From a bacterium (GTDB taxonomy: Bacteria; SAR324; NAC60-12), in assembly GCA_965205865.1 (NCBI GenBank), contig CBDBHR010000010.1, forward strand, positions 32,001-96,000: DNA of 64,000 nucleotides, read 5' to 3'. The notes under the pieces were generated by a model. It was not told where the DNA came from, made no database searches, and saw only the letters and a program-made list of their open reading frames with translations. A program made the translations under genes and the position numbers. How positions within the stretch are numbered: the first letter of the stretch is position 1; each line of letters opens with the position of its first letter. Below are positions 11,166 through 21,606 of this stretch, in pieces.

Positions 11166-14100
11166 ATGTTACAGTCCCTTTTGACTAAAAGCACTCGTTT
11201 GTTTGGCAATGAAAATGAAAAAAACCTCAAGCGCTACAAAAAGATCGTAGCGCAGATCAATGCGCTCGAGCCGGAGATGCAAAAGCTGAGGGACGATGAA
11301 TTCCCTCTAAAAACAGCAGCATTCAAAGAGCAAATCTTTGCCAATTCATGCTTCACCCTCACTGAACGGAGCTTGTTCCGCATGGAATCGGAACTCTCAT
11401 CAAAGACGGTGTGGAAACAACTGAGAAGTTTGAAAGGCAAGGAATTCCAATCCCGGCAAGAACTGCTTGCTGAAATTGAAAAGCGGGTGATCGAGGAAGA
11501 AGCCGAAGAGATCCTCTATGCTGCCAGGCGCCAGATTCAGCAAGACGCCAATACCGTACTCGATGAAATCCTACCGGAAGCATTCGCACTGGTGCGGGAA
11601 GCCAGTGTTCGCACTCTCGGAGAACGTCATTACGATGTGCAGTTGATTGGTGGCATGGCACTCCATGAAGGCAATATTGCCGAAATGCAGACCGGGGAAG
11701 GAAAAACGCTGGCATCCACTTGTCCGGCCTATCTCAATTCCCTCACAGGCCAAGGGGTTCATATCGTCACTCCCAATGACTACCTAGCCAAACGGGACAG
11801 CGAATGGATGGGGCAGATCTACCATTTCCTGGGAATCATAGTGGGACTGATCCAGCATGATAATCATCCGACACAGCGTCAGAAAAGTTACCGGGCAGAC
11901 ATCACCTATGGTACCAACAACGAGTTCGGCTTCGATTATTTGCGAGACAACATGAAGATGGATCTGGCCGATTATGCGCAGCGTGATTTCCACTATGCCA
12001 TCATCGATGAAGTGGACAGCATCCTGATTGATGAATCCCGTACCCCCCTGATCATCAGTGGGGCCACTGACGACAACATCGAAAAATACCGAATCGTCAA
12101 CAAACTGATTTACGACCTACAGCGTGAAATTCAAAAAATTGAAGTGCCATTGCTCCAGGATCACGAAGCTTATGACATTGATCCCGAATGGGAACTCAAG
12201 GAAGACCGCGACATTGTCCGTGAGGGCGATTATACGCTGGATGAAAAATCCCGGCATGTGGCCTTGACCGATCGTGGAGCTGCCAAAATTGAAAAGCGTC
12301 TGGCCGCCTTTGAAAGCTACCAACTCACAGATCAAGAAATCCAACAGTTGGAATCGGAATTCAATGAAGAGATAGTGATCCGGGCATTGAAAAGTCTGGC
12401 TAATATTGAATTCAAACAGCAAGACGCATTATTGGATACCCTGTCCGCTAAAATCGACGATGTCAACGAGCAGATCTCATTCCAGCTACCCTTCAAATCA
12501 CGAATCCTCCAGTTGGCCCACAAAGGCATGCTTTTGCCAACTTATCGACTTTCTCAGGATAGCCTCGAGCACTTGGAAGCAAATGCGGAGTTGGAATCTG
12601 TTTTACCGGTGCTCACCAGTCTCAAGGATTTGGAATATGAAACCGAAGAAGCATTTTTTGAAGCCTTGCAAAGCACTTTGGGCGCCGAAAAAGCCTCTCA
12701 ATTCCGATCCACGATTTTCGCTGAAATACAAGTTTTGAAAAGTTTGTTCGACCGGGTGAACACGCCGGTTTTGCACCACGTCAATCAAGCGCTGAAGGCC
12801 CATTTGGTCTTCAAAAAAGATGTGGATTATGTCGTCCAGAACGGACAGGTGGTCATTGTCGACGATTTCACAGGTCGACTGATGCCCGGACGTCGCTACA
12901 GTGACGGGCTGCATCAAGCCCTGGAAGCCAAAGAAAAAGTCCGCGTTGAAATGGAAACCCAAACCCTGGCTTCCATCACCTTTCAAAACTACTTCCGGCT
13001 TTACCGGAAAATCGCCGGAATGACCGGGACGGCTGAAACTGAAAAGGAAGAATTCAAAAAAATTTACAACCTGGGTGTGGTGGTGATCCCCACCCATCAA
13101 CCCGTGATTCGCCAAGACAAACCAGATGTGATTTATAAAACGCAAACGTCCAAATTCAACGCCATCGTCAAGCAAGTACAGTCGCTTCATGAGCGGAGAC
13201 AACCGGTCTTGGTGGGAACAGTCTCCGTGGAAACATCCGAACTGATCAGTCATCGTCTACAACAAAAAAGCATCGAACACCGAGTGCTTAACGCAAAATA
13301 TCATGCTCAAGAAGCGGAGATTATAAAAAACGCAGGTCAATTAGGATCGGTAACGATCGCCACCAATATGGCGGGTCGAGGAACTGACATCAAACCGGCA
13401 GCGGAAGTCTTGGAACTTGGCGGAGTTTTCATTTTGGGAACGGAGCGGCACGACAGCCGCCGCATCGACAATCAGCTCCGGGGACGATCCGGACGACAGG
13501 GAGATCCGGGCGAATCCCAGTTCTTCCTTGCAATGGAAGACAATCTTTTACGCATTTTTGGGGGTGAAAAGCTGGCCAAATGGATGGATCGCTTCCAAAT
13601 CGAAGAAGACTTGCCCATTGAACATGTGTTTGTTTCACGGGCCATCGCCAATGCCCAGAAAAAAGTGGAATCGATGCATTTCAGCGCCCGTAAAAGTCTA
13701 CTCGAATACGACGATGTCATGGAAAGGCAACGAAATATTATTTATGACAGACGCCGGGCAATTTTAAGCGATGATATCCATCATTGCTTTTTGGATATGT
13801 GCGCAGAGACTATCGAAAATCTGATGGACCAATTCTGTAGTGACAAATTCCAGGATCAGTGGAAGCGAGATGAATTTACCCAAGAATATTTTCATATTTT
13901 CAACTCACACTTGGATGAGTCGTGGGAAGATCCTTCACTGCGTCGGGAGGAGATTGTCCATAGGCTTTTTGAGATCACTGAAGATTGTTACCAAATTAAA
14001 ATCGATCGCTTCAAGGAGGAATTTTTCAATAAATACAATGAATCAGAACTGTTCGAAGTAGCGGGGATCTACCTGCATATTATTCTTCATGAAAACGCCC

Positions 14101-14729
14101 GCTCCGGCAATGCGGCAAACTGGGAGTTCCCACATCCTCAAATGCCGCAGGTCCGGCAATTTTTTGAAAATTGGCTCAAGCGCTTCGAAAGCTATTGCCG
14201 TAACAAACAGATGAATTCCCGAGTGGAAGCCATTGCACCCTTCCTCAATGAAATTCCTGATGATTACCGGCAACAGTTTTTTGCAAGGTATATGCAGTTC
14301 AAGCAGGAAATTTTTGAAACCCTCGTACTGTTAGTACAACGTCAGAATCTCTTGCTCACCAATGACGAACGCTGGAAAAACCATTTGTTGGCCATGGATC
14401 ATCTCAGAGAGGAAGTGGGCTTGGCAGGCTATGCCCAGAAAAAGCCCATTGATGAATACCGTCGCAAAGCATTTGTCTTGTTCGAAAACCTTATTTCGGA
14501 TATTGCCCGCGAGTCGACCACTCAATTTTTCCATCGCAGTAAACTGCCTCATCCACGTTATTTGTTCTTCCATGTAGATCCTCGCCAGGCCTCCGAAGCC
14601 GTTTATAGCCATGGGAATGAAGCCACATTGGTCAATAAACCCAAGCCCGCTGACCGGAAAAAAGTCTACGTTTCCAATCGGGAACGCAAAAAACAGCGTG
14701 CCAGACGCAATAAAGCCCTTTCGGTTTGA
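11166..14729 (+). CDS. secA: Preprotein translocase ATPase SecA (1187 aa, several insertions)
   Basis: MQTGEGKT, DEVDSILIDE, GRRYSDGLHQALEAKE, TNMAGRGTDI, RRIDNQLRGRSGRQGDPG, WKNHLLAMDHLRE. Confidence 0.97.
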   Translation: MLQSLLTKSTRLFGNENEKNLKRYKKIVAQINALEPEMQKLRDDEFPLKTAAFKEQIFANSCFTLTERSLFRMESELSSKTVWKQLRSLKGKEFQSRQELLAEIEKRVIEEEAEEILYAARRQIQQDANTVLDEILPEAFALVREASVRTLGERHYDVQLIGGMALHEGNIAEMQTGEGKTLASTCPAYLNSLTGQGVHIVTPNDYLAKRDSEWMGQIYHFLGIIVGLIQHDNHPTQRQKSYRADITYGTNNEFGFDYLRDNMKMDLADYAQRDFHYAIIDEVDSILIDESRTPLIISGATDDNIEKYRIVNKLIYDLQREIQKIEVPLLQDHEAYDIDPEWELKEDRDIVREGDYTLDEKSRHVALTDRGAAKIEKRLAAFESYQLTDQEIQQLESEFNEEIVIRALKSLANIEFKQQDALLDTLSAKIDDVNEQISFQLPFKSRILQLAHKGMLLPTYRLSQDSLEHLEANAELESVLPVLTSLKDLEYETEEAFFEALQSTLGAEKASQFRSTIFAEIQVLKSLFDRVNTPVLHHVNQALKAHLVFKKDVDYVVQNGQVVIVDDFTGRLMPGRRYSDGLHQALEAKEKVRVEMETQTLASITFQNYFRLYRKIAGMTGTAETEKEEFKKIYNLGVVVIPTHQPVIRQDKPDVIYKTQTSKFNAIVKQVQSLHERRQPVLVGTVSVETSELISHRLQQKSIEHRVLNAKYHAQEAEIIKNAGQLGSVTIATNMAGRGTDIKPAAEVLELGGVFILGTERHDSRRIDNQLRGRSGRQGDPGESQFFLAMEDNLLRIFGGEKLAKWMDRFQIEEDLPIEHVFVSRAIANAQKKVESMHFSARKSLLEYDDVMERQRNIIYDRRRAILSDDIHHCFLDMCAETIENLMDQFCSDKFQDQWKRDEFTQEYFHIFNSHLDESWEDPSLRREEIVHRLFEITEDCYQIKIDRFKEEFFNKYNESELFEVAGIYLHIILHENARSGNAANWEFPHPQMPQVRQFFENWLKRFESYCRNKQMNSRVEAIAPFLNEIPDDYRQQFFARYMQFKQEIFETLVLLVQRQNLLLTNDERWKNHLLAMDHLREEVGLAGYAQKKPIDEYRRKAFVLFENLISDIARESTTQFFHRSKLPHPRYLFFHVDPRQASEAVYSHGNEATLVNKPKPADRKKVYVSNRERKKQRARRNKALSV

Positions 14730-14738
14730 AACAGTCAA

Positions 14739-15059
14739 TCAGTGACTGCGCTTTCCTCCTCCCAAGCATTCCGGCGTGTCTCGAATGGCATGTGCGGAGT
14801 GTCCCCATTGAGTGGGTGTTTTGGCTTGAATGGATAAAGCGTGGATAGGACCTGCCAGTTCTTCCGCCAGCACGTGATTGATGAGTTGATGCTGCTGTAA
14901 AAGGCTTTTTTGCTCAAATTTTGCCGAGACAATGACAACCTTGAAATGCGATTCTGACCCTGGAGGAACATTGTGTTGGTTGCTCTCATTTTGCACTTGC
15001 AGAAAAACGGGGTCGAATGCCGATTGTAGTTTTTTTTCTATTCTTCCTTGAACTTGCAT
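14739..15059 (-). CDS. bolA: BolA family protein
   Basis: NESNQHNVPPGSESHFKVVIVS...IHALSI; start moved to MQVQGRIEKKL. Confidence 0.9.
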   Translation of the reverse strand: MQVQGRIEKKLQSAFDPVFLQVQNESNQHNVPPGSESHFKVVIVSAKFEQKSLLQQHQLINHVLAEELAGPIHALSIQAKTPTQWGHSAHAIRDTPECLGGGKRSH

Positions 15060-15255
15060 AATTCTCTCACTTTGAATGGTTACCCTTTGGAACAGACTAC
15101 TGATTTTGCATATATATACAAGAAGAAAACGCATTTGCTCAGCATCACACCTTGTTTTTGACGTGGAAAAACGTAAAATTTCCTGGTTCTCTTTGCAAAG
15201 AAGAGTCGATTCTCTCGAACCAACTTGAATCATGATTCTTTTATTTTTCCTGAGT

Positions 15256-15331
15256 GCTCCTGTAGTTCAACTGGATAAAACAACGGATTCCTAATCCGTA
15301 GTTCTGGGTTCGAGTCCCGGTGGGAGCACCA
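15256..15331 (+). tRNA. tRNA-Arg(CCT)
   Basis: GCTCCTG/TGGGAGC acceptor stem, anticodon arm ACGGA-TTCCTAA-TCCGT, T-loop GGTTCGAGTC, encoded 3' CCA. Confidence 0.95.
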
Positions 15332-15353
15332 ATAATTTTAATCGGAAAATCCA

Positions 15354-15788
15354 ATGCTCGATATTAAAGCTGTTAATCATATCGGAATTCGAGTCCGTGA
15401 AAAGACGCGTTCCGTTTCGTTTTACAAATTACTTGGTTTCCAATTCACCTCAGATGTCGGTTTTGAAGAAGGCCATCCCATCATAATGAAACATCCCAGC
15501 GGCGTTGTTCTCAATTTACTGGGACCCGCGAATGGATCTTTCAATTCCAACATTCTGATGGATTCCGATGAAAAACACGCCGGAATCACGCACTTTGCTC
15601 TCACGGTCGAATCTATGGAAGAGACCAAGGAATTTCTGGAAGGGAAGCAGATTGAAATAACGGGATCATTCAGTTTTGGAGGAATGTCAGCCGTCTTTAT
15701 ACGGGATCCGGATCGCAACGTTATCGAACTCGATGCTTACGGACTGGATTGTAAGCAAGACATGGCCGAGTATTCCAGCCATTTATAG
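15354..15788 (+). CDS. VOC/glyoxalase family protein
   Basis: VNHIGIRV, GITHFAL, FIRDPDRNVIEL. Confidence 0.9.
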   Translation: MLDIKAVNHIGIRVREKTRSVSFYKLLGFQFTSDVGFEEGHPIIMKHPSGVVLNLLGPANGSFNSNILMDSDEKHAGITHFALTVESMEETKEFLEGKQIEITGSFSFGGMSAVFIRDPDRNVIELDAYGLDCKQDMAEYSSHL

Positions 15789-16078
15789 AGAACCGCCGAA
15801 TTGGTAGAGTAGTTCATTCACATATATACAGGTGTTATTTTCATCGGAAATTTTATGACTTTGCTATGATTTATTCGAAAGAAAAGAGAGAGGAGGAAGC
15901 ACAGGCATTGCTCAGGGGGCATCCCCGTGTTGGTTGGGTGGAATGCCGCGAAATTGAAGTCCACGAGTCTCTGCCACTACCGGGGTAACACTTCCATCCT
16001 CTCCTGGAGCGTTACCTGGAAAACAGCGCCGGTCCTACCACTGACACATCCATCCGACGCTGGGTGTTTCGCCCCACT

Positions 16079-17680
16079 CTAATGGGTGGTGTCCGGGGAA
16101 ATTGTCTCGCTGTCCTGCAGGGCTGCAAAATTTACCAATTTGTCCTCGAGACGCCTGGAATAAGTGACAAAGTTAGAGAGCGTACCAGCATCGCGTCGAC
16201 CCGGTTGTGCTAGCAAGGGTAGTAAATCCCTGTTGATATCGTCCAGCAATTCTTGGAGTTCTCCGGCTCTTGCCGTTACGTCCAACTGTCCTCCCACCAC
16301 AAGCGATTTACGGATGTCTTCGAACATGGCCAGCGTATGATTGGAGAGTTCCCTGACCATCAGCAAGAGGTCGCTCCTCAACTCGATATAGTGTTTATTC
16401 ATGGCTTTTTTCGTGTTGAAGATGTCATCTATTGAATCGTAAATCTGAAAGAGATAATCAAATTGCGTATTCATTCTCAGTAGTTCCCGAGATTCGTGTT
16501 CATGGCTGACGGAAGCGACGGCTTTTGAAAAATATTCCACATACTCTTTCTCCAGGAAATTGATGTACTCCATCCGTTTGGAGGACGCCTCAAAGATACT
16601 ACGATAGTTGGACTCGATACTCAGTGTCACCAGATTGTAACATTCCTGTAAAAAAATCAGCAGGTCCCTGAGGTTTTGGCGAAGTTCGGACTTCACCGTC
16701 TCAAAATCGGTTTGCTTATCAAAGGTTGGAATGACCAGTCTCTCGAAATCCATCTTGTCCTCCCCCAAAAGGACGTTGACAAGTCGAGTGAAGGGATTGA
16801 TCAATATTACAAAAATAACACTCGTTGCAGCGTTGAATACGAAGTGAATATTTGCCAGCACAATTGCAGGTTTGCTATCGAATCCATTCAACCTGTCTCC
16901 AAACAACAAGAGGACAGGCAGAGCAATCAGTACGCCACCGAAATTGAACATGAAGTGACTGAGCGCCGTCTTCTTGGCGGCGACGTCCATATTCAACATC
17001 GCGATCAACGCGGTTGCCGAAGTTCCGATATTTGCGCCTATGACGAGTGGAACGGCATTTTCGAGACTCAATAACCCTTGTTGCAAGAAGATGATCGCCA
17101 GCCCCGTCGTCACTGAGCTCGATTGCACCGCGGCCGTAAATAGACATCCTACCAGAATAGCGATTAGCGGATTTTGAGGCTGAATGAGGTAATTGGTCAG
17201 CGCCGGTTCACGCTGCAAAGGTTCGAGCGCGGAAGAAATCAGATTGAGGCTGAAAAAAACGAAACCAAAATAAAATATGGACTTGCCGAATATAGCAATT
17301 CTGGAGCGTATGAATGAGAGCGCAAATCCCAGAATGATGAACACGGGTGCAATCGCTGTGAGCTCGAATGCGACCAATTGGGCAGTAATCGTGGTTCCAA
17401 TATTCGCCCCAAAGATGATACCTACGCTGTTTTTGAACGAAAGCACTCCCGCATTGACCAGGCTGACGGCAATCACTGAAGTGGCAGAACTAGACTGGAT
17501 AACAGCGGTTACCAAGGCGCCTATCAGCATGCCTATTACTGGAATTTTCGTCGCCCTGGCGAGAAATTTGCGGAATCTTTCACCAGAAATTTTTTCAATC
17601 TCTGAAGAAAAATTTTCCAATCCAAAGATGAAGAGAATGATGGCGGTCAACCCAGCCATTATAATGTGGATATGTTCCAT
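16079..17680 (-). CDS. Na/Pi cotransporter family protein with PhoU-like C-terminus
   Basis: Two QSSS / GANIGT repeats; start could extend to 17731. Confidence 0.9.
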   Translation of the reverse strand: MEHIHIIMAGLTAIILFIFGLENFSSEIEKISGERFRKFLARATKIPVIGMLIGALVTAVIQSSSATSVIAVSLVNAGVLSFKNSVGIIFGANIGTTITAQLVAFELTAIAPVFIILGFALSFIRSRIAIFGKSIFYFGFVFFSLNLISSALEPLQREPALTNYLIQPQNPLIAILVGCLFTAAVQSSSVTTGLAIIFLQQGLLSLENAVPLVIGANIGTSATALIAMLNMDVAAKKTALSHFMFNFGGVLIALPVLLLFGDRLNGFDSKPAIVLANIHFVFNAATSVIFVILINPFTRLVNVLLGEDKMDFERLVIPTFDKQTDFETVKSELRQNLRDLLIFLQECYNLVTLSIESNYRSIFEASSKRMEYINFLEKEYVEYFSKAVASVSHEHESRELLRMNTQFDYLFQIYDSIDDIFNTKKAMNKHYIELRSDLLLMVRELSNHTLAMFEDIRKSLVVGGQLDVTARAGELQELLDDINRDLLPLLAQPGRRDAGTLSNFVTYSRRLEDKLVNFAALQDSETISPDTTH

Positions 17681-17964
17681 TGTTTCCTTACATCCGAGAG
17701 TATTGAGGCCTTCTGTCGTGTTTTCCGACAACCACGATTATCCCCAGCTAATGTGGTTTGTAGCAAAGGGGCTCTGATGAAACTGATTCAGTGCAGGCTG
17801 TTCTTGACATGTTCCGGACATCCATCGACTTCATCGTCAGTGAGTCCGTGGAGAGAGATTAGACTGCTGATACCAGCCTTTTCCAAGAGGCGCATGTAGA
17901 GTTAGTAGTCGAGTTTCCCCATCTCAACCGCAGGGAGAGCTTTAAGATTTCTCAATTTTTTTCG

Positions 17965-19592
17965 GAATGACAGTCTTTGAATGAGTAACACCTAAACCTG
18001 GAATTGAATATGATTGAGTTTCCCCCCACTCTTTGAAGGTTTTTTTAAAAAAGAATTTGAGAGTTGAATTGATCAGTCCTTGCTCATAAAGGTTTTTCCA
18101 AGTCCATGGAAGATAATCAATTTTGTGATGATCTGATACCCGCTTTCGCGGGCACAAGATTCAAGACGTACTTCTCCCTGGATTTGAAGGACTGATTTAC
18201 ATCTCAGCAAAATCTATCCACTGGAGTGAAACAAATCCAAACCTCCAACAGCGACCCATGTCATCCCATTGAGCATTGTAAAGTGTTCTTTCCGGAACTC
18301 CGGTTCAATGTCAATCCACTCGTCCATTTTCCTGCCATTCGGACCGATAGGTGCGCATGGTGGCCGGTTCCCAACGGCGCGATGCGTTACCACTACAAAG
18401 GGCCATCCAGCGCAGCGTGTTGTAATGTATCCGCATTGGATCAAGGCACTTTTGGCCCAAAAATCGTCGGTTTTAATCTGAGCCAGCGCAGTTTGATTTT
18501 TTGCTTCCTCAATCCATGTCTCAAAACCGCCCTGGCCATACTCTTTGTGAGCCTGAATCCAGGGAGTGAGCGCATCAGTGAAAACATAACGAAAAATAAC
18601 GTACTCTTCATCTCAAAAGGGTGGCCATCCCTTTGAGTTCCTCCTCTTTCTCCCTGCGTACGGCCATGAATTTTCTTGACCTCCTATGTCACATTGGTGG
18701 GAAAACTCACACCCTTCCCAAGCGGGCTGCCCCTTCAGCCATTTTTGGGTTTCCAACAACGAAGACAAGCCCCTTGAGTTTGACCTTGATCAGAAGCCAT
18801 GGCGTTCTTGGTCCAGCAAATCCCCCACAAAAAAACTTCACTGTCTCCACGAAAGGAGTGCGGAGTCCGATTTGGAAGGGAGCGAGAAGTTGCGGCAGAC
18901 GCTCATTGCTGATAGACACTCCTTATCGCCAACCCTGAAGAATCTCCTTTGTCTCTCGCAAAATGCAGCAAGGAGATACGAAGCTGCACGCGTTTGTGGA
19001 TTATATCCGACAGACACTCCTTGCTGCTTGACGGATCGTAGGCCGTTTTCACAGTGGAGTCCACGTCAATCACAAGACAAACACCCCATTATTCTGCTTG
19101 TCCCACTTCGCAAGCGCCTTACGCCAGATACCACTCGAAACACGGTTCAAGCTCTCCATCTCATTGATGTTTTTCTGTGTGAAAGTACGCAGTATCCGGC
19201 CGAATGTGGTTTCATCCGGAATCCTCAGCCAACCGGCCACACGACTCAAAACATCGTTCCAAATGTCACAATCGAACGAATGAACGGGCGCCACCAACAA
19301 TGCCGATACCGACAAACTTTGACCTGTCCACCGGGTCATTGAGACCCGTGGCGACAACGCCGATAATCGCCTGCTCTGTCTTTGAAACAATCACCTTCTT
19401 TGTGAAAAAATTTGACAGCGGAATTGCCTGCTTGCGCGGTCATATCTGCCTCCCTGGCTGATATGGAGTTTTTGGAAAGAGACTTGCGCTACCTTTGTTT
19501 TTCATGGTAATCGGTGAGCTCTTAATGTCTGATTCACTATCCGAGTATTTACCATTTCCATGTTTGAATGACACGTCTTTGAATGAGTAACA
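17965..19592. repeat. ~27-bp direct repeat flanking the IS1380 remnant
   Basis: GAATGACA(C)GTCTTTGAATGAGTAACA at 17965-17990 and 19566-19592. Confidence 0.8.
18214..19506 (-). pseudogene. Heavily degraded IS1380-family transposase
   Basis: Fragments in several frames: VAGWLRIPDETTFGRILRTF, LIKVKLKGL, TPWIQAHKEYGQG.FETWIEEAKNQTALAQIKTDDFWA; many stops and frameshifts; boundaries approximate. Confidence 0.75.
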
Positions 19593-19806
19593 AGCTATCG
19601 AACCGCTTGTTCTCACAGGTCCACGCGCCTCAGCTCAACTAATTCATCCGGGCTTTGAAGACTATTGAACAATTCCTAAAATTCCGTTACTGTCAATTCA
19701 AATATCATGGGGCAGGTCTCCCGACAATGGGTTCATGTCAGGAAACATCAAACCTACCGGGAAAGTCCCATGGATTCATGCCCTTCTCAATTTCACGCAA
19801 ATTAAT

Positions 19807-20028
19807 TTAACCTGAGTTCGAGATAAGAATTTAATAAATTCAATATGTTATGGAATCTTCATATCTTAGAGAAACCTTGTCATTCCTGCGAAAGAAGGAA
19901 TCCGGAGGTATGCAGCCAGACTGAAATCCGGATCCCCGCTCCCCGCTTTTGCGGGGACAAGTTTCGCGAGGATGACATATGCACTAGGATATTCATATTA
20001 TTGAAGATTTATGTCGAACTCAGGTTAA
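19807..20028. mobile_element. MITE-like element (~220 bp) with REP-like palindromic core
   Basis: Terminal inverted repeats TTAACCTGAGTTCGAGATAA / TTATGTCGAACTCAGGTTAA (19/20 match); internal GTCATTCCTGCGAAAGAAGGAATCC...TTCGCGAGGATGAC; no credible ORF. Confidence 0.75.
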
Positions 20029-20411
20029 TTTATGCAATCGATGAGACGTCATTGACTGGTATTAAAACGCATGGAATGGATCTTTAGAATAAAAATAAAG
20101 GATGTCCACTTGGGTCTCGACTTTGAACATTTTATCCAACTTTTGGGTTTAATAAAATCAATGTCTTACGAATCTGTATTGGAATTAATACAGGTCGTAT
20201 CATCAAAAACGGAAAACAGTAACCTGTATTAATTTTTTACAGAATTTCAACCAATTGATATTATTGAATAATGAAAATTAAAAGAATAAATCGAATGTCC
20301 AAAGTCCAGCTTGGGTGATAATTGCTATAAAAAAGTGAAAGAAGGAATGAAACATTTCGAGACAAAACATGAGATATTGACAACTGGGAATTCGCAAAGG
20401 AAGGTTGAGAA

Positions 20412-21437
20412 ATGAGTGCAATGAATAAACAAATCATCCTGCGTCGCACAGTGCAGGGTATGCCGGTTCCGGAAGATTACGAACTTGTGGAAAATCCCAT
20501 ACCGCAACCGGGGGAAGGGGAGGTCCTGGTTCGTACCATCTATCTGTCCCTGGATCCTTACATGAGGGGAAGGATGGGTAGGGCCGAGGCGGTGGGTCAG
20601 GTCTTGATTGGCGGTGTGGTTGGCCAAGTAGTTGCTTCACGCAATGCGCAATTCCAAGAGGGCCAATTCGTTTGCCAGTACGTGGGAGGTTATGGATGGC
20701 AAAGTCATGGTGTGGCTGCAGGCCCCGAGTTGCGCGTCTTGGACCCGGACCTGGTGCCATTATCCACGACCCTTGGTGTGGCCGGTATGCCGGGGGTGTC
20801 CGCTTATTTTGGCTTGTTTGCGGTAGGGAAACCGGTCTCCGGAGAGACAGTCGTGGTTTCGGCTGCAGCGGGCGCCGTCGGCGCCGTCGTGGGGCAGCTT
20901 GCCAAAATGAAGAACTGTCGGGCGGTTGGCATCGCGGGCAGCGACAAGAAATGCGCCTACATCGTCAATGAACTCGGTTTCGATGCCGCCATCAATTATC
21001 GTACCGGAGACCTGGCTGCCGGGCTTGCCAAGAGCTGTCCTGGTGGCGTCGATGTTTACTTTGACAACGTCGGAGGACCCGTCTTGGATGCAGCGCTGGC
21101 GCAGATCAACTCCCGGGCGCGCATCGTGCTCTGTGGTTCCATTTCCGAGTACAACGAGCCTCTTGGCGGGCGACAGGGACCAAGCCTCAACCGCCTCTTG
21201 CAGGGAAACCTGGCCCGTATGGAGGGATTCAATCAGGGTCAATACCAGGACCGTCACGAAGAGGCCCTGGCTCTGCTCGCCTGGTGGGTGCGCAGCGGCC
21301 AACTCAAGTACAAGGAAGACGTCATCGTTGGGCTGGAAAATACGCCCGACGCGTTCATAGGCATGATGCATGGCAAGAACTTCGGCAAACTGCTGATTCA
21401 GGTTAGCGAGGATCCTACTCGCTCCAGTGGCGCGTAG
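20412..21437 (+). CDS. NADP-dependent oxidoreductase (CurA/PTGR-like, MDR family)
   Basis: YLSLDPYMRGRM, GMPG, VSAAAGAVG, YFDNVGG, GKNFGK; visibly GC-richer than its flanks. Confidence 0.92.
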   Translation: MSAMNKQIILRRTVQGMPVPEDYELVENPIPQPGEGEVLVRTIYLSLDPYMRGRMGRAEAVGQVLIGGVVGQVVASRNAQFQEGQFVCQYVGGYGWQSHGVAAGPELRVLDPDLVPLSTTLGVAGMPGVSAYFGLFAVGKPVSGETVVVSAAAGAVGAVVGQLAKMKNCRAVGIAGSDKKCAYIVNELGFDAAINYRTGDLAAGLAKSCPGGVDVYFDNVGGPVLDAALAQINSRARIVLCGSISEYNEPLGGRQGPSLNRLLQGNLARMEGFNQGQYQDRHEEALALLAWWVRSGQLKYKEDVIVGLENTPDAFIGMMHGKNFGKLLIQVSEDPTRSSGA

Positions 21438-21606
21438 CGTTGGAGGAATGCATTCATTCCCGTCGTACCCCTGGTATGGCTGCAGATTCCTTTTCTATTA
21501 GGAAGTGCCGTCATCGTAGAGCAGGTTTTTTCCCTGCCAGGCAAGGGATGTTTGGTTCGATGCGTAAAAACAAAAAAGGATCAGGGTCAGCGCGATTTGA
21601 GAATTC

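Noticed and set aside
11352-12729. SecA insertions as inteins
   Set aside because: They are too short and lack a C-terminal His-Asn followed by Cys/Ser/Thr; no HINT or LAGLIDADG motifs are visible.
15890-16075. GC-rich intergenic stretch as a possible ncRNA
   Set aside because: No recognisable family motif or convincing structure by eye.
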